Shown here piece after piece: positions 43,693 to 56,025 of a DNA stretch of 64,000 bases (positions are counted from its first letter, which is position 1; every line of letters begins with the position of its first letter). The stretch comes from Oscillospiraceae bacterium. GTDB lineage: Bacteria; Bacillota; Clostridia; Oscillospirales; Ruminococcaceae. A program made the position numbers and the translations under genes. The stretch lies in the NCBI GenBank assembly GCA_017468365.1, contig JAFUIS010000019.1, positions 11,009-75,008 of the forward strand. The letters run 5' to 3'. The notes under the pieces are model-generated. The model made no database searches and was not told the DNA's origin. It saw only the letters and a list, made by a program, of their open reading frames with translations.

Positions 43693-44565
43693 TTATTTGT
43701 TCATGCGGTCAACAAGATAATCAAGAAGATCGCCGAGGTTAGTTGTATCAAAACCCTTTTCGGAAAGTTCGGAAAGGGCCGTTTTTGCATTTTGAATGTG
43801 AGAAAGTGCGTCTTCCCCAGCCTTTTCAAGTCCGTGTATTTTTACATAGGAATTGAGTTCACAGGTTTCATAATCGCCGTCAAAATCAAGGATATCGTCG
43901 ATGATCTGGAAAGCAAGACCGAATTCTTCGGCATATTTTTCGGAAAGAGCGCAAAGCTCAGCGTCAGCTCCGGCGGCGCTGCATCCAAGAAGTGCGGAAG
44001 CTCTTATAAGAGCTCCGGTTTTGAGCTTATGGATAAGCGAAAGAGTTTTTTCATCGGTAACTTTTTCAGCGGCTTCAAGGTCAAGGACCTGTCCGCCGAC
44101 CATTCCGCGAAAACCTGCATATCCGGAAAGGATACGAACGGCTTTTATAGCTCTTTCAGGGTGATTTTTTGCAGAATCGCTTTCAGAAATCGCGGTGAAA
44201 GCATGAGTGAGAAGCGCATCTCCGGCAAGAAGAGCATTTGCTTCGCCGAATGCGATATGGCAGGAAGGTTTTCCCCTTCTCATGTCGTCGTCATCCATGC
44301 AAGGAAGATCGTCGTGGATAAGAGAATAAGCCTGGATACATTCAACGCCGACGGCATAAGCCATGGATTCTGCGGTTTCACAGCCGAACATTTTTGCGAA
44401 TTCAAGAGTTAGGATACCGCGAAGACGTTTTCCGCCTAAAGCGGAATAGCGCATGGCTTCAACAATTTTATCATATTCGGAAGATCCGGCAAAAAGCGCC
44501 GTGCTCATGGCTTCATCGATGAGCATCTTATCGTCGTTAAGAAAAGTGAGCATTTTATCCTCCAT
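43693..44565 (-). CDS. ispA: polyprenyl (farnesyl/geranylgeranyl) diphosphate synthase
   Basis: DDLPCMDDDD (first Asp-rich motif) and IIDDILD (second). Confidence 0.9.
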   Translation of the reverse strand: MEDKMLTFLNDDKMLIDEAMSTALFAGSSEYDKIVEAMRYSALGGKRLRGILTLEFAKMFGCETAESMAYAVGVECIQAYSLIHDDLPCMDDDDMRRGKPSCHIAFGEANALLAGDALLTHAFTAISESDSAKNHPERAIKAVRILSGYAGFRGMVGGQVLDLEAAEKVTDEKTLSLIHKLKTGALIRASALLGCSAAGADAELCALSEKYAEEFGLAFQIIDDILDFDGDYETCELNSYVKIHGLEKAGEDALSHIQNAKTALSELSEKGFDTTNLGDLLDYLVDRMNK

Positions 44566-44567
44566 TA

Positions 44568-44753
44568 TTAAAGTTCGGCTTTTTCAATTTCAAGCTTTGC
44601 TTCGTCAAGTTTTTTTTGGCAAAGTTTGCTCAGCTCAAGGCCTTCTTTAAAAAGTTTTATGGATTCATCAAGAGAGATTTCTTCGGATTCGAGTTTTTCA
44701 TTGATTTCAGCAAGTTTTTCAAGTGCTTCTTCAAATTTTATATCCTTTTTCAA
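44568..44753 (-). CDS. xseB: exodeoxyribonuclease VII small subunit
   Basis: 61 aa helical protein; 4-nt overlap with xseA. Confidence 0.85.
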   Translation of the reverse strand: MKKDIKFEEALEKLAEINEKLESEEISLDESIKLFKEGLELSKLCQKKLDEAKLEIEKAEL

Positions 44754-45970
44754 ATTGAAATGCCTCCCTCTTTTTTGTCGGTGACGGTCGCTTTTATGTT
44801 TCCGTCGGAAAAATAAATATCGATTTCATCGTTTACCGAAAGATTATTTGAAAGAACAACGGGTTTGCCGTCAAGTTCGATCCGGCAAACTGATTTTTTT
44901 AATATCTTTGCCGGATTGTTGGAATCGAGTTTTGAAAGTTCGGGAATAAAGGAATTTTGCTTATTACCGAGCAGGTTTTTATAACTCAAAACCAGTTCTT
45001 TTTTTAATTTTTCGGTGTTTTCAAGCCGCGGCGATATGATTTTATCTGTAAAGCGTTCAAACTTAACAGATGTAAATCTATCCAAAACATCCGCGTAATC
45101 ATCGCATTTTCTTTGGATATAGTCCTTCATCCATTCAAGATTGTCGTCTATTGTCTGGCGAAGGCTGTTTATATCCGGACTTGAAAGTTCGGCAGCGGCA
45201 GAAGGTGTCGGTGCTCTCATATCCGCAACGAAATCGCAAATGGAAAAATCGGTTTCGTGACCGACGGCGGAAATTACCGGCGTTTTACAGGAGAAAATCG
45301 CTCTTGCAAGTTCCTCGTCGTTGAAAGCGGAAAGATCTTCCGAACTTCCCCCTCCTCTTCCGATGATAATAACGTCGGGTTTTATTTCGCTATCCTGTTT
45401 TTTTACTGCAGCAAGAAGCTGTTTCGGAGAATCTTCCCCCTGAACCGAAACCGGCGTGAGCACGATTTTGGCAACGGGCCACCTTCTTGTGAGCACGTTG
45501 ATTATATCCTGAACAGCGGCACCGGTCGCAGAGGTTATAACGCCGATTTTTTCGGGATATCGAGGAAGATTTTTTTTGAGCGAAGGATCAAAAAGTCCTT
45601 CTTTTTCAAGTTTTTCTTTAAGCTGTTCAAAAGCAAGGTGTTTCGCACCAAGTCCATCCGGCTGAATGTCATAAACGTAAAGCTGGCATGAGCACGATTT
45701 TTGATAAACGGAAAGGTCACATCTTACGATTACCGCCATTCCGTCTTTCGGCATGAAACGGATGCGCTCGGAATAGCTTTTGAACATGACGCATCTTATT
45801 TCAGAAGATTCATCTTTAAGCGAAAAATAAAAGTGTCCGGAATAAAAATTTGTCTTAAAGTCGGTTATTTCGCCTTTTATATAAATTCCGGAAAGTTTTT
45901 TGTTTTCGTCGATATATGATTTAAGATAGGAGTTTATCTGAGAAACAGTAAGAATATTGAATCCGGCCAC
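44750..45970 (-). CDS. xseA: exodeoxyribonuclease VII large subunit
   Basis: 406 aa; N-terminal OB fold, IIIGRGGGS motif. Confidence 0.9.
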   Translation of the reverse strand: MAGFNILTVSQINSYLKSYIDENKKLSGIYIKGEITDFKTNFYSGHFYFSLKDESSEIRCVMFKSYSERIRFMPKDGMAVIVRCDLSVYQKSCSCQLYVYDIQPDGLGAKHLAFEQLKEKLEKEGLFDPSLKKNLPRYPEKIGVITSATGAAVQDIINVLTRRWPVAKIVLTPVSVQGEDSPKQLLAAVKKQDSEIKPDVIIIGRGGGSSEDLSAFNDEELARAIFSCKTPVISAVGHETDFSICDFVADMRAPTPSAAAELSSPDINSLRQTIDDNLEWMKDYIQRKCDDYADVLDRFTSVKFERFTDKIISPRLENTEKLKKELVLSYKNLLGNKQNSFIPELSKLDSNNPAKILKKSVCRIELDGKPVVLSNNLSVNDEIDIYFSDGNIKATVTDKKEGGISI

Positions 45971-45989
45971 AGATAATTCTCCTTTCTTT

Positions 45990-46919
45990 TTATTTTTTGG
46001 AAGCTATGGAGGTAAGAACGGCTGTTCCGGCGGCGTTATCGGAAGAAAACTCCGGAAGAGCAAAAATTCCGGAATATTTTTCCTCGATGGTCTTACGGAT
46101 TATCTTGTCGGACATGACTCCTCCCGCATAGATAAGCGGAAGATTTCCGTATTCGGAAATAAGCGCATCTGTCATTCCGCAAAGAGCTGCTTCGACGGAT
46201 TTTAGACAGAAAAGAGCGATATCTTCAGGTTTGTCACCGGAATCAAGCATTTTTCTGCACTTGTTTTCTATTCCGGAAAGGCAGCATTCGGCGCCTTTCA
46301 TTGTGGGCTTTATTTTGAATTTTGCGGTGCTTTTGAGCGCAAGTTCTTCAAGATGCTTTCCTGCAGGAAAAGGAAGTCCGAGCATAACGCCGACTCTGTC
46401 CACCGCTTGTCCTGCTTTCAAATCGGCAGAACCGGCTATTTTTTCGCATTTTATAATTCTTTTGTCGTCGGGAGTCACCAGAAGTGCCTCTGTGGTACCG
46501 CCGGAAAGATGAAATGCAATGAATTTTTCGCCGATGAGGTCAAGCCTTTTTGCAGAAAAAAGTGCTGCGGCAATATGTCCCTGCTGATGAGAAAATTCAT
46601 ATCGCGGAACGGAAAGCACCGCAGAAAGAGTTTCGGTGACCATATCGCCCACAAGAAAGCAAGGCATATAAGAGCCCTCGATATCACGCGGACGGGTTGA
46701 AACGCCGATTGCATCAATGCAATATTTATTTTCTCCGAAAAGTTCCGAAACAATTTCGCCCAGCTGTTTTACATGGGCAAAGACAGCATCGGACTGGCGA
46801 AGACCCAGTTCCCCTTCTTTTACAGGAAGGAGTTTTTTTTGCTGGATAACTTCGCCTTTTTCTTCGTCATAAAGTGCCGCGGAAGTGGTGTAGTTGCTGG
46901 TATCGATACCGAGAAACAT
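45990..46919 (-). CDS. Kae1/TsaD-like glycoprotease (peptidase M22) family protein
   Basis: ASKHA-fold N-terminus [22 protein letters not shown]...N motifs. Confidence 0.6.
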   Translation of the reverse strand: MFLGIDTSNYTTSAALYDEEKGEVIQQKKLLPVKEGELGLRQSDAVFAHVKQLGEIVSELFGENKYCIDAIGVSTRPRDIEGSYMPCFLVGDMVTETLSAVLSVPRYEFSHQQGHIAAALFSAKRLDLIGEKFIAFHLSGGTTEALLVTPDDKRIIKCEKIAGSADLKAGQAVDRVGVMLGLPFPAGKHLEELALKSTAKFKIKPTMKGAECCLSGIENKCRKMLDSGDKPEDIALFCLKSVEAALCGMTDALISEYGNLPLIYAGGVMSDKIIRKTIEEKYSGIFALPEFSSDNAAGTAVLTSIASKK

Positions 46920-47338
46920 TATTCTTCGCTGCCTTCGTTTTTCTTTTTATAAACTGCGCCGAGAACGCCGTTTACGAAACCGGGGTCATCGTCACCGCCG
47001 TAAAGTTTTGCAAGTTCAACGGCTTCGTTGATGGAAACGCTTGCGGGAACTTCGTCACTGAAATTATACATTTCGCAAACGGAGATTCTAAGGATAGCAA
47101 GGGTGGCTCTTGCCATTCTTCCGGGTTTCCAGTGGTTGGAGCAGGAAGCGATTATTTCGTCGATCTCATCGCGTTTTTCGATGGTGATCCTTGCAAGTTC
47201 TTTTGCGAAAGAACCATCCGGAAGAGAAAGATCGCGGCCGTCGGCTGCGTTTTCAAGGATATAATCGAGTCCTTCGCTGTGGAAGCTGCTTTCAAAAACG
47301 ATCGCAAATGCAATTTCTCTGGCTTCTTTTCTAGTCAT
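46919..47338 (-). CDS. nusB: transcription antitermination factor NusB
   Basis: 139 aa; [12 protein letters not shown]-terminus typical of NusB. Confidence 0.9.
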   Translation of the reverse strand: MTRKEAREIAFAIVFESSFHSEGLDYILENAADGRDLSLPDGSFAKELARITIEKRDEIDEIIASCSNHWKPGRMARATLAILRISVCEMYNFSDEVPASVSINEAVELAKLYGGDDDPGFVNGVLGAVYKKKNEGSEE

Positions 47339-47517
47339 TTTTATAATCCTCCATAAAAAAACCTCCCCGATTTTTACCGAGGAGGGAAAACTCGCTTTAA
47401 ATTTTCAAACAACAGAATTTCACGAGTTCAATTATACTATTTAATTATATTAAATACAATAGTTTAAAGATAAAAATTATGCAAAAATTTTATGAATATA
47501 CATTTTTTCGGAATGAA

Positions 47518-48150
47518 TTATTCGTTTACTTCAACGATTGAAATATTTTCTACCGGAACAGAAGTTTCTTTAATTATCGCTTCTTTGATAACTGCGGCTT
47601 CGGTCGGAAGAAGCCCGTCGGTATGCACCATGACGTCCGCATATTCTCCGGAAATATAGACGATGCATTCATCAAAACCTTTTGCTTTGATAAGAGACTC
47701 GACCTTTGTCTCAAGTTCCATATTTGCGGCTATTTCTCCTGCTTTTTCGGCAAGTACCGCAACTTCCGAGGAATCTTCTTTTGCAACGTCATAAAGGTTT
47801 TCGATTGTTGCAACCGCTTCGTCCCGGGACTGTTGCCTTGAAACCCTGGCTTCGCTGAAATAAGCGGAAACGTCTGTGATGCTTTCTTCGGCGGAACTGT
47901 CAACAAGAATGGAGTCGCCGTAGTTTTTTCCGGTTTCAACAGAGTCGATATCTCCGGCTGCATAAAGATAATTTATGTAAACCGCCGCCGAAAGCATGAG
48001 CATCATCGAAGCTACGGCGATATGTTTCTTTTTAACGGAAAAACCGAGTTTTTTTCCTTTTAACTTTTTGATAAAATCAAAAGGTTTTTTCTTTTCGTTT
48101 TTAATGGGCTCCGAAAGTTCGACGCTTTCATAATTTGTGATACTGGTCAT
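47518..48150 (-). CDS. spoIIIAH: stage III sporulation protein AH
   Basis: N-terminal TM plus YscJ/FliF-like C-domain; last gene of the spoIIIA operon. Confidence 0.8.
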   Translation of the reverse strand: MTSITNYESVELSEPIKNEKKKPFDFIKKLKGKKLGFSVKKKHIAVASMMLMLSAAVYINYLYAAGDIDSVETGKNYGDSILVDSSAEESITDVSAYFSEARVSRQQSRDEAVATIENLYDVAKEDSSEVAVLAEKAGEIAANMELETKVESLIKAKGFDECIVYISGEYADVMVHTDGLLPTEAAVIKEAIIKETSVPVENISIVEVNE

Positions 48151-48168
48151 AGGTTTTCCTCCTTATAT

Positions 48169-48714
48169 TTAAGCCATTTTTGCAACACTTATCCGATTTG
48201 ACGGAACATCCAGAAGCGCTCGCAAAGATTCGATTATTTTTTCGCTTACAAAAGGGTCGTCGCCGCCTTTGCAGATAACCAGAATCCCGCGGATTTTTGC
48301 TTCGGTTGTTTTTACGATGACCGGTGTTTCGGAAGAACCGTTTTCCACGGTTATTATTTCGGATTTCCTTGTGCTTTCGTTTTCAAAAATTTCTTCGGTG
48401 CTGTTTTGCGCATAGCTGAATTCTTCCGACGAATCAAGAGTGAGCATTACCGAAGTTTCACCCGCACCGGATATTTTTGAAATTTCATCCTCGATTCGCT
48501 TTTCGAGAAATTCCTCGTATTCCCTGCTGTTTTTAAAATAATCGTTTTCGGAAATTTCGATTTCTTCAGAATCCGGCGGAACAAGTTCGGAAAGTGATAT
48601 GAAAAGAATTCCGACAGCACCCAGAAGAATTATCAGAAACAGTTTTTTGTTTTGTTTTTTCTCAAGAAAGTTCCGTATTTTTTTATTGAGTTCGTTGATT
48701 TTATCCATTTTCAT
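48169..48714 (-). CDS. spoIIIAG: stage III sporulation protein AG
   Basis: N-terminal TM, C-terminal ring-forming domain (IRGILVICKGG). Confidence 0.8.
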   Translation of the reverse strand: MKMDKINELNKKIRNFLEKKQNKKLFLIILLGAVGILFISLSELVPPDSEEIEISENDYFKNSREYEEFLEKRIEDEISKISGAGETSVMLTLDSSEEFSYAQNSTEEIFENESTRKSEIITVENGSSETPVIVKTTEAKIRGILVICKGGDDPFVSEKIIESLRALLDVPSNRISVAKMA

Positions 48715-49177
48715 GTTCTCCGTAAAGGATTATTTCAGGTTCGATTCCGATTTTTTCATAAGCTATTTTAAAAGCCTTTTCCGATTTTGAATTGTCTTCA
48801 ATACAAAGGGCGAATTTGCTAATATATATGCTTCCATCTTCGGAAATATTAACTTTAGTCAAAATGTCTTTTGTTTTAATTCCCGCTTCGTCAAGTGCTT
48901 CTTTTACAGAAAGCGAAAGTTTGTTTTCAATGAATTTTATATAAGAGGTATCATCGCTTACAAAAACGTTTTCATTTGATTCATTATCATAAAAAAACTC
49001 TTTTATATCGGGGAATTTTACTTTTGAAAGCGGCGAAAACACCGTACAAAGAAAGAATATGCAAAGGACGGTTTTAAAAGTCTTTTGAACAGATCCTTCC
49101 GGAAGAAGGATAGTCATCACCGAGCCGACTATTGCGGCAGCACAAACTGAAAAAGCCCAGTTTCGTATAGTTTCCAT
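48701..49177 (-). CDS. spoIIIAF: stage III sporulation protein AF
   Basis: Start at METIRNWAF (ATG/TGA overlap with spoIIIAE); two N-terminal TMs. Confidence 0.75.
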   Translation of the reverse strand: METIRNWAFSVCAAAIVGSVMTILLPEGSVQKTFKTVLCIFFLCTVFSPLSKVKFPDIKEFFYDNESNENVFVSDDTSYIKFIENKLSLSVKEALDEAGIKTKDILTKVNISEDGSIYISKFALCIEDNSKSEKAFKIAYEKIGIEPEIILYGEHENG

Positions 49178-50295
49178 CAAAAGCCTCCTCCCGTCATCAT
49201 AAGGATAGAAACAGAAAAAATAAACATCATGGAGCAAACGACCAAAAGAGCAAGAACAATTCCCATTGCAGAGGAAGCCGAAGACAAAAGTCCGCAAAGA
49301 TTTTTATTTCCGGATATCTTACTGATTGAAGCTGCGGATGAAAGACAGATTTTCCAGCTCATTGCGGTGATTAAAATAGGAAGAAAAATCGCTGCAGTTA
49401 CGATTATTCCATATATTCCAAAGACATTTTTGGTAAGCGAAAGACAGCCTTTAAGCGAAACCAGAGCGTCAGAAACCGCGCTTCCGACAATGGGTACCGC
49501 CGAACCCACAAGAAATTTTGCGGTTTTTGAAACCGAGGCATCTGCGGACGATGAAACAAGGGTCCCCAGTCCCAAAATCGCTGAAAAAACGCTCATTGAA
49601 ACAGTGAGCACCCAGACCGCAAAATTTTTGAATGACTTTGCAACTTCGCCTATATCCACTTCAGAAACAGAACCCGCAATACACATTGCAAGAAAAATGC
49701 AGATAAGCGGAAGTACGGTTTCCGAAGCTATTCTGCCGATAAGTGAAGATGCCCCGAGCATCAAAGTTCGGTATCCGGCGGCGGAAGAAATGTTTCCGGT
49801 GGCAGCAACGGCAGAAGAATAAACCGGAATGAAACCCAGCATAAAATCAGAACATTCGCCGATGGCTTTTGCAGATAGGGTGAAAATTTCTTTTATCGGA
49901 AGCAGAATCGTCAAAGATACCGCAAGGGTCGAAACGGCATTTATAACAGGTCCCGTTTCAGAAAAATTATTGCAGAAGCAATTTATTACAGAACAAAGTA
50001 TTGCGGCGGAAAGGATATAAAAAACAGCTTTTAAAGGTTCTGTAAAGCTTTTTGCGGCGCTTTCGTAAACAAAAGAAATTATATCTTTGAATGAAAACGA
50101 AAGGATTTTTTCTGTGCTTATGTCGTCAAAACCGATAATTTCAAGTATTTCTTCGGTTTCTTCGGAAAGATATGACGATAAATCTGCACTTTTAATTTTT
50201 TCTGTTTCAGAGCGGATGAAATCTTCTTCCAAAGAAGCACCGCAAAGAAAAAACAGTAAAAGCGGAAGCAAAAATATAATGGTTTTTCTTTTCAT
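49177..50295 (-). CDS. spoIIIAE: stage III sporulation protein AE
   Basis: 372 aa polytopic membrane protein with signal peptide; operon position. Confidence 0.85.
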   Translation of the reverse strand: MKRKTIIFLLPLLLFFLCGASLEEDFIRSETEKIKSADLSSYLSEETEEILEIIGFDDISTEKILSFSFKDIISFVYESAAKSFTEPLKAVFYILSAAILCSVINCFCNNFSETGPVINAVSTLAVSLTILLPIKEIFTLSAKAIGECSDFMLGFIPVYSSAVAATGNISSAAGYRTLMLGASSLIGRIASETVLPLICIFLAMCIAGSVSEVDIGEVAKSFKNFAVWVLTVSMSVFSAILGLGTLVSSSADASVSKTAKFLVGSAVPIVGSAVSDALVSLKGCLSLTKNVFGIYGIIVTAAIFLPILITAMSWKICLSSAASISKISGNKNLCGLLSSASSAMGIVLALLVVCSMMFIFSVSILMMTGGGF

Positions 50296-50684
50296 AATTC
50301 AATAAAAATTCGGATAATTTCGGTTATTTCGGAAAAAAGCGGCAAAGATGCAACCAGTATAAGCGCTTTTCCCGCAAGATCTACTTTTGATGCAATGGAA
50401 TTCTGGCCGCAATCTCGGCAGCTTTCGGAAGCGATTTTTGTGACCATGCAAATCCCCATGCATCTGAAAAGAACAAAAAATTTTTCGTCATTGATACCTG
50501 AAAAAGATATTAGTTTTGAAAGAACGGAAAAAATTTCGCTGAAAAAGCCCATAGTATAAAGAAGTATTATAATTCCGGAAGAAAGAGCAATTCCGAAAGC
50601 AAGTTCGGGCTTGTACTGTTTTATAAGAATGACAAGGCTTGCGGATATGATTGCAATTCCGAAAAGTGTAAACACATCGTTCAT
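50292..50684 (-). CDS. spoIIIAD: stage III sporulation protein AD
   Basis: 130 aa, 4 TM; operon position. Confidence 0.8.
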   Translation of the reverse strand: MNDVFTLFGIAIISASLVILIKQYKPELAFGIALSSGIIILLYTMGFFSEIFSVLSKLISFSGINDEKFFVLFRCMGICMVTKIASESCRDCGQNSIASKVDLAGKALILVASLPLFSEITEIIRIFIEL

Positions 50685-50875
50685 AGGCCGAAAACTGATT
50701 TTACCGTATCAAAAAGGCTGCTTATTTCGCCGATGAGCATCATGAGCACGGCAATAAGCCCTGCAAGGGTTGTCATCATTGCCTGTTCTTCCCTTCCGGA
50801 TCTTATGAGCACCTGGTTGAGCACGGCAACTATTATTCCGATAGCCGCTATTTTGAAAATCATATCCACATCCAT
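50681..50875 (-). CDS. spoIIIAC: stage III sporulation protein AC
   Basis: 64 aa, 2 TM; operon position. Confidence 0.8.
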   Translation of the reverse strand: MDVDMIFKIAAIGIIVAVLNQVLIRSGREEQAMMTTLAGLIAVLMMLIGEISSLFDTVKSVFGL

Positions 50876-50896
50876 TTGTTTTGCCTCCGAATATAT

Positions 50897-51382
50897 TTAA
50901 ATTAATAATATCGCCGCAAGTATCCCTCCGAAAAAACCGGAATAAGCAATAAGTTTTGCTCTTGTTTTTATTTCATCTTCACTTTTTTTATAAAGAAAAT
51001 TAAGTTTGTTTCGGCAAAATTCGATTTCTTTTTCCTGATCTTCAACGGAATATTTTCCCAGTACGGAAAAAGCTTCACCGAAAATATCCGCGGCTGTTTT
51101 GTTTTTTATAAACCCGCATTGATATGCAATTTTTGAAGTATCGTTCAACTTTTCCGGCGAAATGAGCGAAAAGAATTCTTTTGTTTCAAAATCTTCTTCG
51201 GTACAGATTTTGTTAAAAATTTCCGTTGTTGTAAGATGCTCGTTTTTAATATCAAGAAGGATATTCCACAAATGTTTTTCGGCACGTTCGATACCTTTGA
51301 GCACGGAAAGTTGCCTTTTTGAAAAAACAAGTCCAATTGAAAAAACAGAAACAAAAACAAACATTATTCCGAGCAGCTTCAT
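50897..51382 (-). CDS. spoIIIAB: stage III sporulation protein AB
   Basis: 161 aa, TM at both ends; operon position. Confidence 0.8.
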   Translation of the reverse strand: MKLLGIMFVFVSVFSIGLVFSKRQLSVLKGIERAEKHLWNILLDIKNEHLTTTEIFNKICTEEDFETKEFFSLISPEKLNDTSKIAYQCGFIKNKTAADIFGEAFSVLGKYSVEDQEKEIEFCRNKLNFLYKKSEDEIKTRAKLIAYSGFFGGILAAILLI

Positions 51383-52236
51383 GATATAAGTTCCTTTGAG
51401 GTTTTTATTGTTTTGATTTTTTTATCCTTTCCTAAGAAAACAAAAAATTTAAAAATCCCGCTTTTTATGATTTCTTTTGAAAAAGGTTTGGTAATAAAAT
51501 CATCTTCATCAAATGCATGAGCGGAGGCAACTATAAAAACGCCGCTTTTCATTGCATAAAAAGCCGATTCAATGTCTTCGGTTCCGCCGAATTCATCGCA
51601 AACTATTATTTCCGGACCCATGGATCTTACCGCACGAATCATTCCGTCGCTTTTTTTAAATTCATTCATTATTGAAGCTTCGCCGATATCAAAAAACGGA
51701 ATACCGTGGTTCAAAGCGGCTATTTCGGAACGTTCATCGATTATAACTGTTTTCTTATCCATGCTGACTATTCTTGAAAAATCGCGTAAAACCGTTGTCT
51801 TTCCGCAGCAAGGCGGACCGACGATAAGTATTCCGCAGTTTTTATAAAGCTCGGCTATTTTTTCTGCAGAGCCGATAACTTCGTGAGGGATTCTGATATT
51901 CAGTGCAGAAATATCTTTTATTCCGATTATTTTTTCGTTTTGATATAATGCTGTACCGCAAATTCCGATGCGGAAGCCGCCTTTTGAAGTTATGTAACCT
52001 TCACATATTTCGTCCTTATATGTGTGTACGGAATATTCGCAAAGGGCAGCAAAAATATCTCTTATTTTATTTTGTGGTATTGGATTTCCGATTTTTATTT
52101 TTCCGTTTTCGGTATATAAAGCGGTTCTTTTTCCGGAATTTATATAAATTTCGTAAAGCGAATCAAAAGAAACTTTACTTTTCCTTATTTCTTCGCCGAT
52201 TTCCTCAAGATTAGAAAGAAGTTTTTCATATTCCAA
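51379..52236 (-). CDS. spoIIIAA: stage III sporulation protein AA (secretion-type ATPase)
   Basis: Walker A GPPCCGKTT, Walker B IVCDEFG. Confidence 0.85.
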   Translation of the reverse strand: MEYEKLLSNLEEIGEEIRKSKVSFDSLYEIYINSGKRTALYTENGKIKIGNPIPQNKIRDIFAALCEYSVHTYKDEICEGYITSKGGFRIGICGTALYQNEKIIGIKDISALNIRIPHEVIGSAEKIAELYKNCGILIVGPPCCGKTTVLRDFSRIVSMDKKTVIIDERSEIAALNHGIPFFDIGEASIMNEFKKSDGMIRAVRSMGPEIIVCDEFGGTEDIESAFYAMKSGVFIVASAHAFDEDDFITKPFSKEIIKSGIFKFFVFLGKDKKIKTIKTSKELIS

Positions 52237-52260
52237 AGTCTTGTCCCCTCCTTTTGAGAA

Positions 52261-52289
52261 ATACTATGTGGACAGGCAGAAAAATATGC
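52261..52289 (-). promoter_or_regulatory. candidate sigma-E-type promoter for spoIIIA
   Basis: Minus strand GCATATT, 14-nt spacer, CATAGTAT, ~25 nt upstream of the spoIIIAA ATG. Confidence 0.5.
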
Positions 52290-52318
52290 AAAAAAATACC
52301 GCAGAATAATCTGCGGTA
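52290..52318 (-). terminator. terminator after ligA
   Basis: TACCGCAGA-ttat-TCTGCGGTA then TTTTTTT (minus strand). Confidence 0.85.
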
Positions 52319-52334
52319 CTTTTTGTTTGGTATT

Positions 52335-54344
<2,010 letters not shown>

Positions 54345-54380
54345 TTAAATATTATAACACTTTTCAATCGTTAAATAAAC

Positions 54381-54410
54381 AAAAAAGGCGCAGAAAATCT
54401 GCGCCTTTTT
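54381..54410 (-). terminator. terminator after the isochorismatase-family gene (bidirectional shape)
   Basis: GGCGCAGA-ttt-TCTGCGCC flanked by A/T runs. Confidence 0.8.
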
Positions 54411-54422
54411 AATTGATTTGAA

Positions 54423-54953
54423 TCATCTGTTTATAACGGTGAACTGCATGCTTTCAAGAACATCAAGAGCCTTGTCGTTAAGGGATTTGTCGTTGCTTCC
54501 TACGCAAAGTGCGTCGATGATGATCTCCGCTTCGGGTTGAGCGGTTTTAAGAAGAACGGCGTTTGCCATTACGCAGATATTTGTGACGACACCGCAGATT
54601 TCGATTTCGTCATAATTATAATCTTTATGAAGAACAAGCATTGCAAGGTCGAAGCTTCCGAAAGTGTGTTTTCCGATTGTCATGGCATCTTTGCAGGCTT
54701 CACCGGTTTTTCCGTAAAGTTTCCAGCCTTCGGTGCCGTTCTGGCAATGTACAACGGGAAGTTTTCTTCCCTCCTGCATTTCAAGATATGCGGGGCCGTG
54801 GGTATCCATGGTATAGATAATATCGTGGCCTTCGGCGCGGTATTTTTCGACTTTTGCGGCAATGCGTTCGTCAAGAAGTTCTGCGCCGTCAAAACCGAGG
54901 CTTCCGGAAACAAAATCGTTCTGATAGTCAACTACAACAAGAAGTTTTTTCAT
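54423..54953 (-). CDS. isochorismatase-family cysteine hydrolase (nicotinamidase-like)
   Basis: VVVDYQNDF (Asp), central Lys, and TNICV (Cys) triad pattern. Confidence 0.8.
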   Translation of the reverse strand: MKKLLVVVDYQNDFVSGSLGFDGAELLDERIAAKVEKYRAEGHDIIYTMDTHGPAYLEMQEGRKLPVVHCQNGTEGWKLYGKTGEACKDAMTIGKHTFGSFDLAMLVLHKDYNYDEIEICGVVTNICVMANAVLLKTAQPEAEIIIDALCVGSNDKSLNDKALDVLESMQFTVINR

Positions 54954-54987
54954 GATAATTCTCCTTTATTTAAAGAAAATTTTATTG

Positions 54988-55992
54988 TCAGTCAAGTTCG
55001 CCGCAGATATCTTTTTCCATAAGTTCTTCGATTTTTTCCTTGCTGTATCCGCAGCTTAAAAGATAGTAAAGCTTTGCAACGGCGGTTTCTGTGGTCATAT
55101 TTTTTCCGCTTACGGCACCGGCTTTTTTAAGCGGACTGCTTGCGGCATAATGACCGAGGCTTACGGTACCGGTGGGACACTGCGAGCATACAACGACGAT
55201 ATTGCCGTGCTCATAGGCTTTTTTGATAATATCGGTAAGATTTGTGCAGTAATTCGGAACATTTCCTGCGCCGAAAGTTTCAAGAACGATTCCGCGAAGC
55301 TTGCTTGTAATAATGGGTTCGAAAAGATCGATCTGGATTCCGGGGAAAATCTTGATTACGCCAATTGGTTCCTCAAGAAATTTCTGCATCACAAAAGGTT
55401 CGTCGTTTTTTTTCATCAGCACGTTTTCACGGAACTTTATTCCGATTCCGGCATCCGCAAGTTTCGGATAGTTAGGTGAATCAAAAGCAATAAGGCTGTC
55501 CGCGGATTTTTTTATGGAACGGTTTCCTCTTAAAAGCTTTCCGGCAAAAAAGATGCAGACTTCAAAAACTTTTTCGGAAGCAGCTATCATCATCGAAGCG
55601 AGGATATTATCTTTTCCGTCGCTCCTGATTTCGCAAAGCGGACTCTGGGAACCGGTTACTATGACGGGTTTTTTAAGATTGCGAAGCATGAAAGAAAGTG
55701 CTGAAGCGGTATATGCCATTGTATCGGTTCCGTGAAGAACGACAAAACCGTCATAATTATCCATATTTTTGCTTATGGTTTCGCCTATAAGGTTCCATTC
55801 ACTTACGGTGATATCGGAAGAATCCAGAAGAGGAGAAAATTCGATTACGTCGTATTCAGGAAGTTCCGGTGACGAAAAATCACTTATTCTTGCCATTATA
55901 TCGGCAAAAGGTTCTTTTCCGGGTTCGTAACCGTTTTCACCGCGTTCCATTCCGATGGTGCCGCCGGTATAAATAATACAAATGCGTTTCAT
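54988..55992 (-). CDS. ansA: type I L-asparaginase
   Basis: TGGTIGM and HGTDTM motifs. Confidence 0.9.
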   Translation of the reverse strand: MKRICIIYTGGTIGMERGENGYEPGKEPFADIMARISDFSSPELPEYDVIEFSPLLDSSDITVSEWNLIGETISKNMDNYDGFVVLHGTDTMAYTASALSFMLRNLKKPVIVTGSQSPLCEIRSDGKDNILASMMIAASEKVFEVCIFFAGKLLRGNRSIKKSADSLIAFDSPNYPKLADAGIGIKFRENVLMKKNDEPFVMQKFLEEPIGVIKIFPGIQIDLFEPIITSKLRGIVLETFGAGNVPNYCTNLTDIIKKAYEHGNIVVVCSQCPTGTVSLGHYAASSPLKKAGAVSGKNMTTETAVAKLYYLLSCGYSKEKIEELMEKDICGELD

Positions 55993-56025
55993 GCTGTCCT
56001 CCGCATATTTGATATATCAATATTA

